The notes: generated by a model from the letters alone, not told the origin. Positions 1 through 14,093 are shown, counted from the stretch's first letter. The stretch: 64,000 nt of DNA from Octopus vulgaris (GCA_951406725.2 OX597817.1:175956001-176020000); one strand, 5' to 3'. Made by a program: numbers and translations.

Positions 1-96
1 ATATACATAAAATTATTCTCAAACACGCGTGCGCGTTCTCTCTTTCTCTCTCTCCCCATCTCTCCCTTTAAATCTCCCCCCTCTCTCTCTCACACA

Positions 97-189
<93 letters not shown>

Positions 190-548
190 GCACACACACA
201 GGCGCCAGTAAAATTGTGTGATTAAGAAGCATGCTTTGCAACCACATGGTTTCGGGTTCAATCTCACAGCACGGCATATTGTGCAAGTATATTCTACTAT
301 AGCACTGGGCCGATCAAATCCTTGTGAGTGCATTTAGTAGACGGAAACGGCATTTAGTAGACGGAAACGTCGCATGTGTGTTTCTGTGCGTGTATGTCTT
401 TCTCTGTCCCAACCGTTTGACAACCGATGTTAGTTTGTCTGTAGCATCACAAAGTAGCTGTTCAACATATGAGTTGGTCAGATTAAGACTCAACATACTG
501 GAATCGATTTTTTCGAGTAAATTCAACGGTTGACACAAGTAAAGGACT

Positions 549-606
<58 letters not shown>

Positions 607-798
607 GGGCGTGGCTATGTGGTAAGAAGCTTATTTTCCAACCACATGGTTCCGGGTTAAATCACACTGCGCGGTTCCTTGGACAAGCGTCTTTTACTAC
701 AGCCTTGGATCAACCAAAACCTTGTGAGTAGATTTGGGGATTTGGTAGACGGAAGCTGAAAGAAGTGCGTCGTATACATACATACATACATACATACA

Positions 799-876
<78 letters not shown>

Positions 877-925
877 TATACACACACATATGTATGTATG
901 TATGTATGTGTGTGTGTGCGCGTGC

Positions 926-957
<32 letters not shown>

Positions 958-1225
958 GTGTGAGTGTATACACACACATACACACACGCATATATATGTA
1001 TGTATGTATATATCTATGCCTTTGTGTCTGTGTTTGTCTCCATCACCATTTGACAACCGGTGCTGGTGTGTTGATGTCCACATAACCGAGCGGTTCAGCA
1101 AAAAGAACTGCTAGAATAAATAGTAGGCTTAAGAAATAAGTCCTGAGGTCGAGTTGTTAGACCAAAACTTTTGAAAGCGGTGCTCCAGCATGGCTGCAAT
1201 CAAATGACTGAAACGAGTAAAAGAA
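607..1225 (+). mobile_element. tRNA-headed SINE, family A, with internal microsatellite linker
   Basis: Head ggcgtggctatgtggtaag...ttccgggttaaatc (A/B-box-like), body to gaagtgcgtcg, internal (TACA)n/(TA)n/(TG)n, then 3' half ending gcggtgctccagcatggctgcaatcaaatgactgaaac. The same layout recurs elsewhere in the window. Confidence 0.8.
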
Positions 1226-1240
1226 AATAGAAGTAAATAT

Positions 1241-1295
<55 letters not shown>

Positions 1296-1297
1296 AC

Positions 1298-1360
<63 letters not shown>

Positions 1361-1371
1361 CATACATACAT

Positions 1372-1422
<51 letters not shown>

Positions 1423-2013
1423 CATACATACATACATACATACATACATACATACATACATACATACATACATACATACATACATACATACATACATGCA
1501 TACACACATACATACATACATATACTTTCGTGAGTAACAATTGTTTCAAGCTGTTGAATTTGTCCCATTTTATATGAATTACTTTCTAAATTATTCGATT
1601 CGAACTCTAAATTATTTGGGCCGAGTTGGATTCGTTCTATTTATGGCTTTTGTACTCGAAAGTTCATTCTGCTATCTTCTTTGCCTCATAACTATATATA
1701 TATATATATATATATTACAATACGTAATGTGTTATCACATTACAACAAGGCCGGCGCTAGGAAGTGCGGGACCCAATTAGAGAATTGTCAGTGGGGGCCA
1801 TTATTCCACAAAAGCTGAAGATTGATGTTTTATGCTTCGTGTAGAACGCCAGTCCCCGCCAAAAAGCGGTGAGGGCTTGAGGCTCCGCCAATACTTACAA
1901 TAATATACTGACGATTCATCACAGCGTCCTCCGCTCGAAAGAGTCCGCGGGGCCCAGCGGGGCCCAATTGTTAATTGGCTTAAAACCGGCCCTGGTCATC
2001 AATATATATATAT

Positions 2014-2226
2014 CAGGGAATGCTAAAAAGTTCCCGGCTTTGGGGAAAAGAAAATACTGAAGGAACAGTTAATTTTTCTATTTAACATATTCCCTCCTCA
2101 AATTCACACACCTATAGTAGCAGCCCTTCAGTTTTTCTAAGCCCTGTAAAAGAACTCGGAAGGTTGGGCCATCAAACAAGCCTTTCGTGGCTCCCTTAAA
2201 ACCAGGAACTTTTCAGTACCGTTCGT
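2014..2226. mobile_element. mariner-type MITE
   Basis: Imperfect TIRs tgctaaaaagttcccggcttt / aaaaccaggaacttttcagtac, TA context, no coding capacity. Confidence 0.55.
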
Positions 2227-2802
2227 GTATATTACACGCTATATGTATTTACACTTATTCCTCTTGCAATTATACTACTTGATATATTCCACTATTCCAT
2301 TATTCCACTATTCTACTATTAACTTTTGTATTGAAACTACTTGAGAGATATCGTGTATTCAACTTTATCCTATTTACGGTGCATGCGTGTATTTCCTGAT
2401 TTAAGCAGTACGAAAAAAGCAAAACAAAACAAAAAACAAAACAATATAATTTGAAAATATAGAATGAAAATTTGGACGGCCAAGGTGGGTTGGTGCCACC
2501 TTATATCTTTTCAAGAAATATTTCTCTTCAGAAACTTTTGCACAAAATGTATGAAATATATTGTTAAAATGCACAACTTTTGCATAAACTAAACATGCCG
2601 TCCCATGAAAACCTTTAGAAAATATATGTAACCGATTAGTAAGATCATAGACCTACGCGGAAACGTATATATTTTTGTAGTTTTGAATACGTAAACCAGA
2701 TTTATGAATTTATGAAGAACATTTATTGTAGAAAATAGCAAAGTAGAATAACGTATGAATCATTAACTACAATATGTCGTACGTAATAAGAGTATCAAAC
2801 AT

Positions 2803-3420
<618 letters not shown>

Positions 3421-4424
3421 TACATATGTATAATAATTACTAGGTTTAATGAAAAAGACAAAAAAGGGACTGGGTTCAATTCGTTCAACTAAAAAGAAAA
3501 AAAGAAATTTCAAAGCGGTGCCCCAGCATGGCCGCTGACCAATGACTGAAAGAAATAAAAGAGAGTTCAAAGATATATAATGCCGTTACATCGGCTGCAC
3601 ACGTTACTACAAGGAAACATGTGTAAAACTAGAAATAAATTTCAAATGCTTCATCTATTGCAAAATATTTACGTATTATGAAAAAAATTCTTTCTCATCG
3701 AAGCTGCAGAAAGAAATAACAAAAAATTAAACTAATAAATTATTTACATTTTTATGAAATATTTTTGATATGCAAAGTTCATTTTGTTTACCTCAAAACG
3801 AGATAAAGACGTAATAAAGAATTTTGGAAATATCAATCTTTGCAAGGTCCAAGGAAAGATAACTCATGCACACAGGAAATCGAAATTATTTACCTTGATT
3901 AATAAAAATTTAAAAGACCGGCAGATCCAAAACCAGTTTTGTCTCCAACTGCCAGAAAAAAATAAATAAATAAAAAAAAAGGGGGGGGGTGAGAGGCGGC
4001 TTTTCTCTCTCTTTTTTATTATTATTTAGAAGGGAAACCATTGTCCATGAACCACTATAGGGCTTCACAGAATGGCAGATGGGTGGAAGGTATCTTCAAA
4101 CTGGAAACATTGCCGGATGCTTACGACACGTTGGGCCCCGCTAAATCCGCTAAAAACTGTTAAGGTGCAAGATTGTGGTGTTAAACATGGTGATGGGTTA
4201 AATTTTCCACCCAATTAGGCCATGACGAGATTTGAACTTAGAACGTAAAGAGGTGATGTAAATTCCATCCCTAGGAACTATGTTCGACTTTCTTACAGTT
4301 CCCCTAATACCACCACTATTTTCTCTACCCCCAAAGGATAAAAGGCAAAGTTAACTTTAGAGGGATTTGAACTTAAAGCACGCTCTAACAATTTCGCCAA
4401 TCTAACAGTTTAATTGTTTTAAAT

Positions 4425-4808
4425 TTTTGCAGAAGGCCAGCGATTTTAGGCAGTTGATTACACCGTCCTCAGTACCTGAACGGTACTTTATTTTATCGAT
4501 CCCGAAAGGACGAAAGGAAAATGCGACATCGGTGGAATTCGAACTCAGAATATAAAGAGCCGGAAGAAATATCGCTGAGCAAATTGTTCCCCGCACTAAC
4601 AGTTCTATTAGCTCGTCGCCTTCATTAGGCAGAAGATCTAAAATTCCGTGTGGGGGACCTTGTCGATTAGAGCGACGTTTATGTTCATCTGGTACTTATT
4701 TTATCGCTGTTGAGAAGGAAAGCCGACCTCAGTGAATTTGAACGAGAACGTGAACAGCTGGGAGAGATTCCGTCCGGTAGGTTAGGGATTCAGCTAGATC
4801 ATCACCTT
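4425..4808 (-). mobile_element. two adjacent degenerate SINE family B copies
   Basis: Shared motif tattttatcgaycccgaaagga-gaaagg-aaa-tcgac-tcggyggaatttgaactcagaa also seen at 9961-10188 and 10788-10997. Confidence 0.65.
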
Positions 4809-4837
4809 AATTAATTATTTCTACTATGAAGCATGTG

Positions 4838-5160
4838 AAGGTGCATGGCTCAGTGATTAGAGCATCGGGCTCGCAATCAGGAGGTAGTGAGTTCGATTCC
4901 TGGATCAGGCTGTGTGTCGTGTTCTTGAGCAAGATACTTTATTTCACGTACTCCAGCTCACTCATCTGTAGAAATAATGAGTTGCGACATCACAGGTGCC
5001 AAGCTGTATCGGTCTTTACCTTTCCCTTGAACAACATGAGTGGCGTGGAAAGCGGGGCTGGTATGTACGGGCGACTGCTGGGCTTCCATAAACAACCTTG
5101 CCCTTGTAGGAGAACTTTCTAGATGCAATCCCATGGTTTCATGACCGAAGGTGACTTTTA
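4838..5160 (+). mobile_element. tRNA-headed SINE family C (CORE-like central segment)
   Basis: A box tggctcagtga, B box gttcgattcc, then gtgttcttgagcaagatacttt resembling the CORE segment. Homologous copies at 25628 and 42463. Confidence 0.75.
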
Positions 5161-5164
5161 CCTT

Positions 5165-5380
5165 TACTATAGGTACACGGTTTAGAATTTTAGAGGAGGG
5201 ATTAAGTTGATTACATCGACCCAGTACTTGAAAGGTACTTTATTTTATCGACTTCGTAAGGATGGAAGGCAAAGTCAATCACAGTAGAATTTGAACCCAG
5301 AACGTAAAGACGGACGAAATGCCGCTAAGCATTTTGGCCAGCGTTCTAACCATTCTGCCACCTCATCTTCTTCGCCACCT
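5165..5380 (-). mobile_element. SINE family B copy
   Basis: Matches the family B consensus seen at 10788-10997. Confidence 0.7.
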
Positions 5381-5688
5381 TAATAAGAAGACGAAAAAAT
5401 AGAATTTTCATCCAAATACTTCTTTCTTCAGCATAGCGTTGCATTTAAAAAATGTTTTAAAACCTACTCATGACTGTGTGCAGCCACATGATTACAGGTT
5501 CAATCCTACTGTGCGGTACCTTGGCAAGTATTTCTAGTATAACACTGGCCGATTCCTACTTGTGAGTAAAATTAGTAGACGGAAACTGTATAAAAGTGCG
5601 TCACACGCACATCACACACATGTATGTATATATATGTGCTAACCATCCACGAAGCTATAAGAGATATGGAGCAGAGTCAAACCGTTAT

Positions 5689-5756
<68 letters not shown>

Positions 5757-6339
5757 GTGTGTGTGTAGGCTAGTATTTAACGTTTGCTTTTAGATTTAAG
5801 ATTTTAAGAAATCAGTCCAGTTTTCAAACTGTGATCGCCCGACCCACAAGAAATAGCAGTCACACTTCCCTCATATTACACCCTGCCGTCTTCAGAAATG
5901 AAAGACACACTGGGCAGTAGATATTTTGACCAAAGTGAGAACCTCTCTGTGGTCGATCGATACACTAGAAATAGCGGCCACCATAATAATAGCTTCAGAT
6001 GCAACGAAAATTATAAAGTGTCTCGGCAAAGACAAGTATTTACAAAAAATCTGAACCAAAAGAAAAATAGAGATCGATCGCAAAGAATCACCAAGTAATA
6101 CAAACTATATGGGTTGTGGGAAGAATCTCAGAGTGTAGTAGAATGCAGGCACCATGATGAAAATAGACAGTACAAACAAGTGAAAACCCTCCTTCAAAGA
6201 CAGAAGGGCTGAAATATTAAACTTCACATAAAATATCAGAATTAATTAAATATGTATAATATAGCTACAAAAAACGTTTTCGTTTTCTTTATCACTTCTA
6301 TGATAGTATATACATAAACTGTGCATTACTCTCAAATTT

Positions 6340-7063
6340 CATCCAAACGCAACCGACATGTTAGCGGCGAGAATGGCCCTTGACAATTTTTTTGAGGCGA
6401 AACACGAAGGGTTCGTTGTCGGAGCTAAGGCCCGTGCGCTAAAACACGAAGGAACTAAAGCCGTCCGATTGGCTCGAACGGTAGAGACACGACGTGGAAA
6501 GAAAATAACGACAAATTCTTTGACGGATCGGAACGGACGTGTGCTATTCGGTTCTGAGAAGATGTGTGCGGATTTCCAGCAGTACCTTGCATGGCTGTTT
6601 AGAAAGGCTGATGGGGCGACGACGGTAGCGTACTTTACTTCGTACCTAGACGGCTTACCACGGCTCTCGGTGACGGACGCGAGATGCTGCGAAAAACCGA
6701 TTACAGCCTCTGAAATACGAGAGGCGATGAGTGATTGCACAAGTCACAAATCGTCCAGTTTGGTTGGTCACCCTACGAATTCTATGTTTTCATGCCAGAT
6801 TTGTTTGGTAGCTTCTCGGCAGATGTCCACAGTAACTGACAGCAGAACGTGATACTTCCCAGCGCTGTTAGTTGGGGTGTGGTAACACTACTGAGAAAGG
6901 ATGCCGACAATGGGTACGTGCTAGGGAATATTCGGCCCATAACTCTATTAAACAGAGAGTTTTAAGATCTTGGCCAATGTGTTAGCGAAAAGGTTGGCGC
7001 TTGTCGTCGGTAGTCTGGTAGGGGAGGCAAAAACGTGCGTAGTCCCAAACAGGTCTATCCAGG
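6340..7063 (+). pseudogene. L1/Tx1-clade LINE ORF2 fragment (pre-RT and RT N-terminus)
   Basis: YLDGLPRLS..CEKPITASEIREAM, then frameshifted PYEFY, GVVTLLRKD, NIRPITLLN, KILANVLAKRL. These are typical L1/Tx1 RT motifs. Confidence 0.75.
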
Positions 7064-7640
7064 TCTATAAGAGACGCCACGACAATATAGCCAGGCTTGT
7101 CCATTGGACACTTTGCAACAAGTATGGGCTTGCGAGAGCAAAAAATTGATACGACCACAAACCTGAAGGCATCGTCGAAAATAGAAATGCAACGATCCTA
7201 TAGGATTTTATGATTCAGTGCGACCATGAGATAGAGAATAGGAAGCCGCACATAGTCTTAATTGAGAAAGAAAACAAACTATGCTGGATCATAGATATGC
7301 CATGCCTAGCTGACAACAAAATATGCTATAAGGAAGAAAGAAAAGTTGAGAGATATCACAGGTTAGCTTGGGAAGTTAAGCAGTTGTGGTCGATGAAAAA
7401 GGTAGCTGTAGTACTAATGAATGTCGGAGCCCTGGGAACAATGAACAAAAAGTTCGAGAAGTACGTGGAACAAATAGGGGCTGCATTAAGGGTGGAGCAC
7501 TTGCAGAAAACAGCACTGCTTGGAAATCGCTCGAATATTCCGGAAGATGCTCGAAAAATAAGAGGTGTTATCTTAGTTCACTGGTAGTGAATAGCTGACA
7601 CTGTAGTACATCTCCAGCGTCGGAAGCTGTGCAAAGGCAA
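7064..7640 (+). pseudogene. 3' end of an RLE-endonuclease LINE (R4/Dong-like)
   Basis: YKRRHDNIARLVHW (RHD motif), RKPHIVLIEK (decayed PD), IID, VGALG. Followed by a (CAA)n/(TAA)n tail. Confidence 0.75.
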
Positions 7641-7642
7641 TT

Positions 7643-7678
<36 letters not shown>

Positions 7679-7702
7679 GCACTAACAACAACAACAATAA
7701 TG

Positions 7703-7736
<34 letters not shown>

Positions 7737-7741
7737 TAATA

Positions 7742-9788
7742 AAGCCGTAACTGAAGACAGCCACAGAAAGAAGAAAGGCCTCAGTATGGCCTGGATTGAC
7801 TACAAAAAGGCGTTTGATAGCATCCCCCACACATGGATCCTCGAAACACTAGCCATTAACAAAGTAGCACCAACAATCATAAAATTCATAGAGCACTCTA
7901 TGAATAAATGGCAAACAGTCCTACACCTCCAAACAAAAGAGGGACTCATGAAAACCAAAGACATCCCCATTAGAAGAGGAATTTTCCAGGGAGACACGCT
8001 CTCTCCACTCCTTTTCTGCTTGGCACTGTCACCTCTATCTGATATGCTAAATAGAACTGGATGCGGATATAAATGTTACGGCAAAACGATCAGCCACCTT
8101 TTATATATGGATGACCTAAAACTATACGCTGCAAATGACAAACAGCTGGAAACACTATTAAAGACAGTTCATGGATTTACCAAAGAAATAGATATGAAAT
8201 TTGGATTAGAAAAATGCGCCAAAGTAACCATGAAAAGAGGAAAACTAGTTAAGAGTAACAACATCACACTAGATAAAACCAATGAAATAAAAGAATTAGA
8301 CCAAAGCTAAACTTACAAATACTTAGGAATCCATGAACTAGATAAGACACAACACACACAAATGAAAGAGAAAATAAAAAAAGAATATTATAGACGAGTT
8401 AGATCAATACTAAAAACAGAGCTCAATGCTAAAAACAAGAAAATAGGTATCAACACTTTAGCTGTCCCAGTTATAAGTTACAGCTACAATATCCTTAACT
8501 GGACACGAAATGAACTGTCCAAAATAGATAGGAAAACAAGAAAAATACTGACAGGATCTAGGATGCATCACCCAAAATCTGACATAGAAAGACTATATAT
8601 ACAACGTATAGAAGGTGGTAGAGGCCTTATACAGCTGGAAAACTACTATAAAATAACCACCATAGGACTGCAAAAATATCTACTTCAGAAGGAAGGAAAA
8701 CTGATCCAGATAGCAGCAAAACACGAGCGAAATAAAAAACTGTTCTCAGTATTTAAGGAAGCTGACAAATACAAACAAGAAATCATACCACCTAACGAAG
8801 AAGAAGAAGAAGAAGAAGATGATGAAGAAACAACAAAAGCTATAAAACAAATGAAATCCAAACTAAAAATAGAACAGCAACGAACCATGATAAAACGATG
8901 GCAAGAAAAGCCCCTTCATGGTAAATACTGCACTAAACTAAACGCAAAAGAAATAGACAAAGAAAAATCCCAGCAATGGTTGAGAAGCTCAGGACTCAAA
9001 GCAGAAACAGAGGGATTTTTAATTGCAGCACAAGACCAAAGCCTCCCCACCAGAAATTACCAAAAACATGTAATGAAAAGAAATATTACAAGTAACTGCA
9101 GAATATGTGGAGATGGACAAGAAACAATAAATCATATTATCTCTAGCTGCCCAGTCCTGGCTAAGAAGGAATATATTCACAGACATGACAGAGTTGGAAC
9201 CTACATACATTGGAAGCTATGCCAACATTATGGAATAACAACAGAAAAAAGATGGTATAGGCACACACCAGAAAAGGTCACAGAAAACGAGAAAGCAACC
9301 ATACTCTGGGATATGCCGATACACACAGATAGAGAAATTAAGGCCAACAGACCAGATATAGTTGTCAGAGATCATGAAGAAAAAAATGCTTTCTAATTGA
9401 TGTATCAATACCGGCAGATGACAACGTTTCTCTAAAGAAATGGAGAAACTCTCAAAATACAAAGACCTGGAAATAGAGGTAACTAGAATGTGGAATCTGA
9501 AAACAGAAACAATTCCTATCATAGTAGGTGCATTAGGCATGATAAAAAAATATTCAGACAAATACATAACAAAAACACCAGGACTTACAAACACATATAA
9601 CATACAGAAAATTGCACTACTAGGCACTGCACACATCCTACGCAGAACACTTTCCATACAATAACCATCAGAGCATCACAACAAATCACAGCACATACCC
9701 AAGGCACACAGAGCTGCGCTCGGTAGTGAAGTGAAAGCACGCTATAAAAATACAACTACTGAATAATGATAATAATAATAATAATAAT
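7742..9788 (+). mobile_element. 5'-truncated R4/Dong-type non-LTR retrotransposon (RT, CCHC, RLE)
   Basis: WIDYKKAFDS, GIFQGDTLSP, HLLYMDDLKL, CRICGDGQETINHIISSC, RHD, NRPDIVV, IIVGALG. One in-frame TAA at 8308 and two 1-nt deficits in A-runs (about 9383 and 9434). (TAA)n on both sides. Confidence 0.9.
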
Positions 9789-9794
9789 ATTATT

Positions 9795-10188
9795 ATTTCT
9801 ACTATAGGCACAAGGTCTGAAATTTTTAGCGGAGAGATCTAGTCGATTACATCCACGCCAGTGCGTAACTGGTAATTAATTTATTAACCCAGAGAAGATG
9901 AAAGGCAAAGTCGACCTCGATGGAATGTGCACTCAAAAGTAGCGACGGGCGAAATACCTATTTCTTTACTACCCACAAGGGGCTAAACACAGAGGGGACA
10001 AACAAGGACAGACGAACGGATTAAGTCGATTACATTGACCCCAATGCGTAACTGGTGCTTAATTTATCGACCCCGAAAGGATGAAAGCAAAGTCAACCAC
10101 GGCGGAATTTGAACTCAAAACGTGAAGACGGATAAAATACCGCTAAGCATTTCGTCCAGCGTGTTAGCGATTCTGCCAGCTCGCCGCT
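9795..10188 (-). mobile_element. two tandem SINE family B copies
   Basis: Two consecutive matches to the family B body. The head reads ggcgagctggcagaatcg...gagttcaaattccgcc on the minus strand. Confidence 0.75.
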
Positions 10189-10194
10189 TTAAAG

Positions 10195-10257
<63 letters not shown>

Positions 10258-10312
10258 GAAATATTAAAATTACTAAGTCTCTCTAAAAGAGATTACGGCA
10301 GCGTTACTGGAA

Positions 10313-10718
10313 ATTAATTGTTATCGCCATATTAATATGGCAATCTTATAGACATAAGACTAAAGCTGTCGTTGATTAGCTCCATGAGGCCATCGCCTTA
10401 AGCTAGCTATTTGATACACAAACTGTATCCATTATAACCTTCGAACAAGGGAGGTCAGCCGCTTCACACTGCCAGTCAGACAGCTACAGTCGCGTTTCAG
10501 GGTCTGACTACGCTACATTGACAAAGGGCAAATACCCTGAAACGCGTCTGTAGCTGTCTGACTGGCAGTGTGAAGCGGCTGACCTCCCTTGTTCGAAGGT
10601 TATAATGGATGCAGTTTGTGTATCAAATAGCTAGCTTAAGGCGATGGCCTCATGGAGCTAATCAACGACAGCTTTAGTCTTATGTCTATAAGATTGCCAT
10701 ATTAATATGGCGATAACA

Positions 10719-10724
<6 letters not shown>
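10313..10724. repeat. near-perfect fold-back (191-bp arms, 30-nt loop) overlapping a degenerate hammerhead motif
   Basis: 10313-10503 is the reverse complement of 10534-10724. 10512-10554 reads gctaca-TTGACAA-aggg-caaata-ccct-GAAA-cgcg-TC-tgtagc. Confidence 0.9.
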
Positions 10725-10753
<29 letters not shown>

Positions 10754-10787
10754 TAATAATAATAATAATAATAATAATAATCATTAT

Positions 10788-10997
10788 TACTGTAGGCACA
10801 AGGCCTGTAATTTGGTGGGAGGGGACCAGTCGATTACATTGACACCAGCAGTATTTCACTGTTGCTTGATTCATCGACCCCGAAATGATGAAAGGCAAAG
10901 TCGACTTCGGCGGAATTTGAACTCAGAACGTAAAGACAGGACGAAGTGCCGCAAAGCATTTCGCCCGGCGGGCTAACCACTCTACCAGCTCGCCACC
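10788..10997 (-). mobile_element. SINE family B copy with (ATT)n tail
   Basis: tRNA-like head on the minus strand, central tcgactttgcctttcatc-tttcggggtcgat segment, tail running into (TAA)n on +. Confidence 0.75.
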
Positions 10998-11024
10998 ATA
11001 TATGGCAATAATAATGATAATGAT

Positions 11025-11610
11025 TTCATTTATTTTCCTCAAGGGCGAAAGATGAGGGGGACAATACAAAGATAGACATAAAGTACGGAGGTTTATATAT
11101 AATGAAATGACAAAAAAGGAAAGAAAAGAAGTATACACAGGATACACTGAAAAAGAAGGGACACATGCATAGCATGAAAAAGCTTTTAAAAAATGTGGCG
11201 GGAAATATGATAGAGATGTGGTCCTCCTGATACAGGAAGGCCTCTAGGGATAATCGAGGAACCCCACTCACCGAAATTTCCTTGAACCCCTAGGAGCAAA
11301 TGCCCTCTCTAATTCCTTCTTTCCGACTCACAGGTCTACACTTAGAGAGTTACCACGCATTCTTGCCATTTTCGTAACTTTCTTCCAGCTTTCAATAAGC
11401 TCACACGAGGACAGCACTTCCCTCTCTGCTCTCAATTTCCTTTTCAAGTGAAACTTGAAGAAGTCAACGAGAGCTCTACCAAAGAGGAATGTATCTGTCC
11501 TCATACCTTTCAGCCTTGTCCACCAAACAACCTCTTTCGCCACAACCACCGGACAAGGAAAAACTGCCTTGCCGGCTGGATTGAAGGAGGGCGGCGGAGC
11601 GAGCGACACT
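11025..11610 (-). pseudogene. Tx1/L1-like LINE 3' end (ORF2 C-terminus plus 3' UTR)
   Basis: VVVAKEVVWWTR...FFKFHLKRKLRAERE..W resembles Tx1 ORF2 C-termini. T-rich UTR ends in aaataaatg. Confidence 0.55.
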
Positions 11611-12495
11611 TAATAATTTGTGTCACGTCTGGGGTTAGATGTAATTATAGTTAATGTGTTGACTGGCATTCATATTAATCCGGTATTCTATAACGTAGTT
11701 GATTAAGATCCATTTATTTAATGAAAATTCTTGCTTATGCCGACACACATTATGATTTGTGTCGTGTCTGACGCTAGATGCAATAATAATTAATCTTGAC
11801 TAATATTCATATTAATTCGGCGTACTATAATGTAACTCATGAAGATCAATGTTTTTTAACGAGGTTCTTTTCTGGGCATCTTCTACCTACACTTTGTCAA
11901 GTCATTACCACACATTTCCTGTCAACAACCTTCCCGTCCTTCGACTGCTCACAATCAACAATATGTTGCCTGACGACGGGCCAAATCGAACATAAAAGTC
12001 TTGTGTTACAAAAATCTTCTATAACTTTTTTCACACTCAAGTGAGATAATTTATCTCAGAATAGTCTTTCTCATTTAAATTGGGAACTAATTACAAGGTG
12101 TGAGTGAACATATTAATGATGCTGACGAATCGGTTGTCATTCACTGGGAGGCAGACAGACAGACAAACACCAATAGGTCATAATGATTAAATATTAGTAT
12201 TTGAAATATTATCGATTAGAACATTAAACAACAGTGGGATAATCACATATGAGATAAAACAAAAAATCATATCAATCGATAATTAATATTACATTTTCCG
12301 TCAGCAACTACGGAAGACCATTCCAGAAATGTCTTACGTTTTCAAGACTTGTCACCAAGACAAAATGGTATATATGTTGGTGTGAAAAAAAGAAAAAAAG
12401 AAAGAAAAAAAATGACAGTAAATTTGGCAGGCAAATTTAATCAGTCAGTATTCCTACTACTCCGCACTCAGAGTATAGAAAATATGGTGAACAAA

Positions 12496-12876
12496 TCTCT
12501 CTATATATAAAGCTGAAGTTGTCTGTGTATGGCAGGTTTGGTAGCCTTCAACTAACACTATCTCCTCTGAGACCCTGCGGCGCAAGTTGACCAAAATTGA
12601 GAGTATGATAGAAGAAGGCCTGCTCTTCATTCCAATTCAAATCGGACCCTGTTAACACCAAAAATTATTTACATCAAAAAGGTGCTTTTATTCTATGAAA
12701 ATCTCTATTTTTTACGATTTTCTAACTGTTGTGTCGCCATTTTTCGGTGTATTTCAACCAGAAAAATGTTCACTTAAAGAGAATAACAAGCTACATAATG
12801 CAAAGTTTTTACTTTTCAAAAATATCAATTCTAAAGGGTCGAAACAAACCCGAGCAACGCCGGGCGATACTGCTAG
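12496..12876 (+). mobile_element. non-autonomous Helitron
   Basis: 5' TC after A, subterminal hairpin cccgagcaacgccggg, 3' CTAG followed by T, no TSD. Confidence 0.8.
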
Positions 12877-13202
12877 TTATAAATAAAGTAGCAGATTAAT
12901 ATTGCTTTCGTCGGTTAATATAAGAGACAGCATTTGTTGAAGGCTCTTCAGCAAAGCATAGCCTGTCCGTCAGTTGCCCAGGTATAAGCTGAGCATTATT
13001 AAATATGACAAAATGCGTAGATTGTTGTTTGACGCAGTTGCCGAGGAAGAACAAAAATATTAGTCATCGAATAATTGTTACATTTTTTTAATCGTATATA
13101 TAAATATACTTCAGCTGCTTCATGTACTAATCAATAAATGTTTTCACCTACATAACTGTTTAATTATTAGGTGGATGACGTCAAGCACAAATTTAGTCAG
13201 AC

Positions 13203-13264
<62 letters not shown>

Positions 13265-13289
13265 CATATATACACACACATATATATTT

Positions 13290-13650
13290 TTTATTTGTTT
13301 CAGTCATTTGACTGCGGCCATGCTGGATCACCGCCTTTTGTCGAAAAGATTGACCTCAAGATATATTCTTTGTAATCCTAGTACTTATTCTATCGGTCTC
13401 TTAGCCCGAACCGCTAAGTTTCGGGGACGTAAACACACTAACATCAGTTGTCAAGCGATGTCGGGTGTAGAAATACACATATGCACGCACAAACAGATAA
13501 ATATATACATATATACATAGTTTCCATCTATCAAATCCACTCACAAGGCTTTAGCCGGCCCGAGGCTATAGTATAAGTCGCTTGCTTAAGGTGCAACGCA
13601 GTGGGACTGAACCCGGAACCATGTGGTTGGGAATCAAACTTCTTACCACA
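13290..13650 (-). mobile_element. SINE family A copy
   Basis: Reverse complement of the family A head and tail, with a short internal linker. Confidence 0.75.
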
Positions 13651-13671
13651 CACACACATTCAAGACTATTG

Positions 13672-14093
13672 GGATATTTTCGGTTTGAACGGCAGTTTTT
13701 TCTAGCGGTGTCATATGAAATTGTCACCCATAATTACGACCCCAGAATCGATCTATTGCATTTCAATCTCTTTTAGGGTTAGGGTTAGGGTTAGGGGTGG
13801 GGGAAGGGTATCTGTTTTTCTTCACAAATGTAAATAAGCCAAATCTGTTTCTTAAACGAGGGACATATTCATACGGCACAGAATGCTTTTTAACTCAATA
13901 GACGTCATTGATTGGTTGAAATTGCAGAAATTGAAGAAAAACAACAACAAATATCTTACAAACTATAGAATTTTCTCAATAAAGCCAAGAGAAAAAGATG
14001 TTTTATAAACACATTCTACCAGTATACGAAGTTTAAAATTTTTTAGTTACCTGGAAATCATGTTAAAAACTGCCGTTCAAACCGAAAAGGTCC
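13672..14093. mobile_element. MITE with 29-bp TIRs, 8-bp TSD and internal (TTAGGG)n
   Basis: TIRs ggatattttcggtttgaacggcagttttt / aaaaactgccgttcaaaccgaaaaggtcc. TSD gactattg at 13664-13671 and 14094-14101. Telomere-type repeats at about 13772-13797. Confidence 0.9.

Noticed and set aside
1746-1994. hAT-like MITE (caaggccgg / ccggccctg ends)
   Set aside because: TIR is only about 9 bp with a mismatch and there is no matching TSD.
11605-11862. Degenerate two-unit tandem duplication (also about 51083-51440)
   Set aside because: Old local duplications with no further structure.
13772-13797. Telomere or chromosome-fusion relic
   Set aside because: Only about 4 units, and they lie inside a TSD-bounded MITE.
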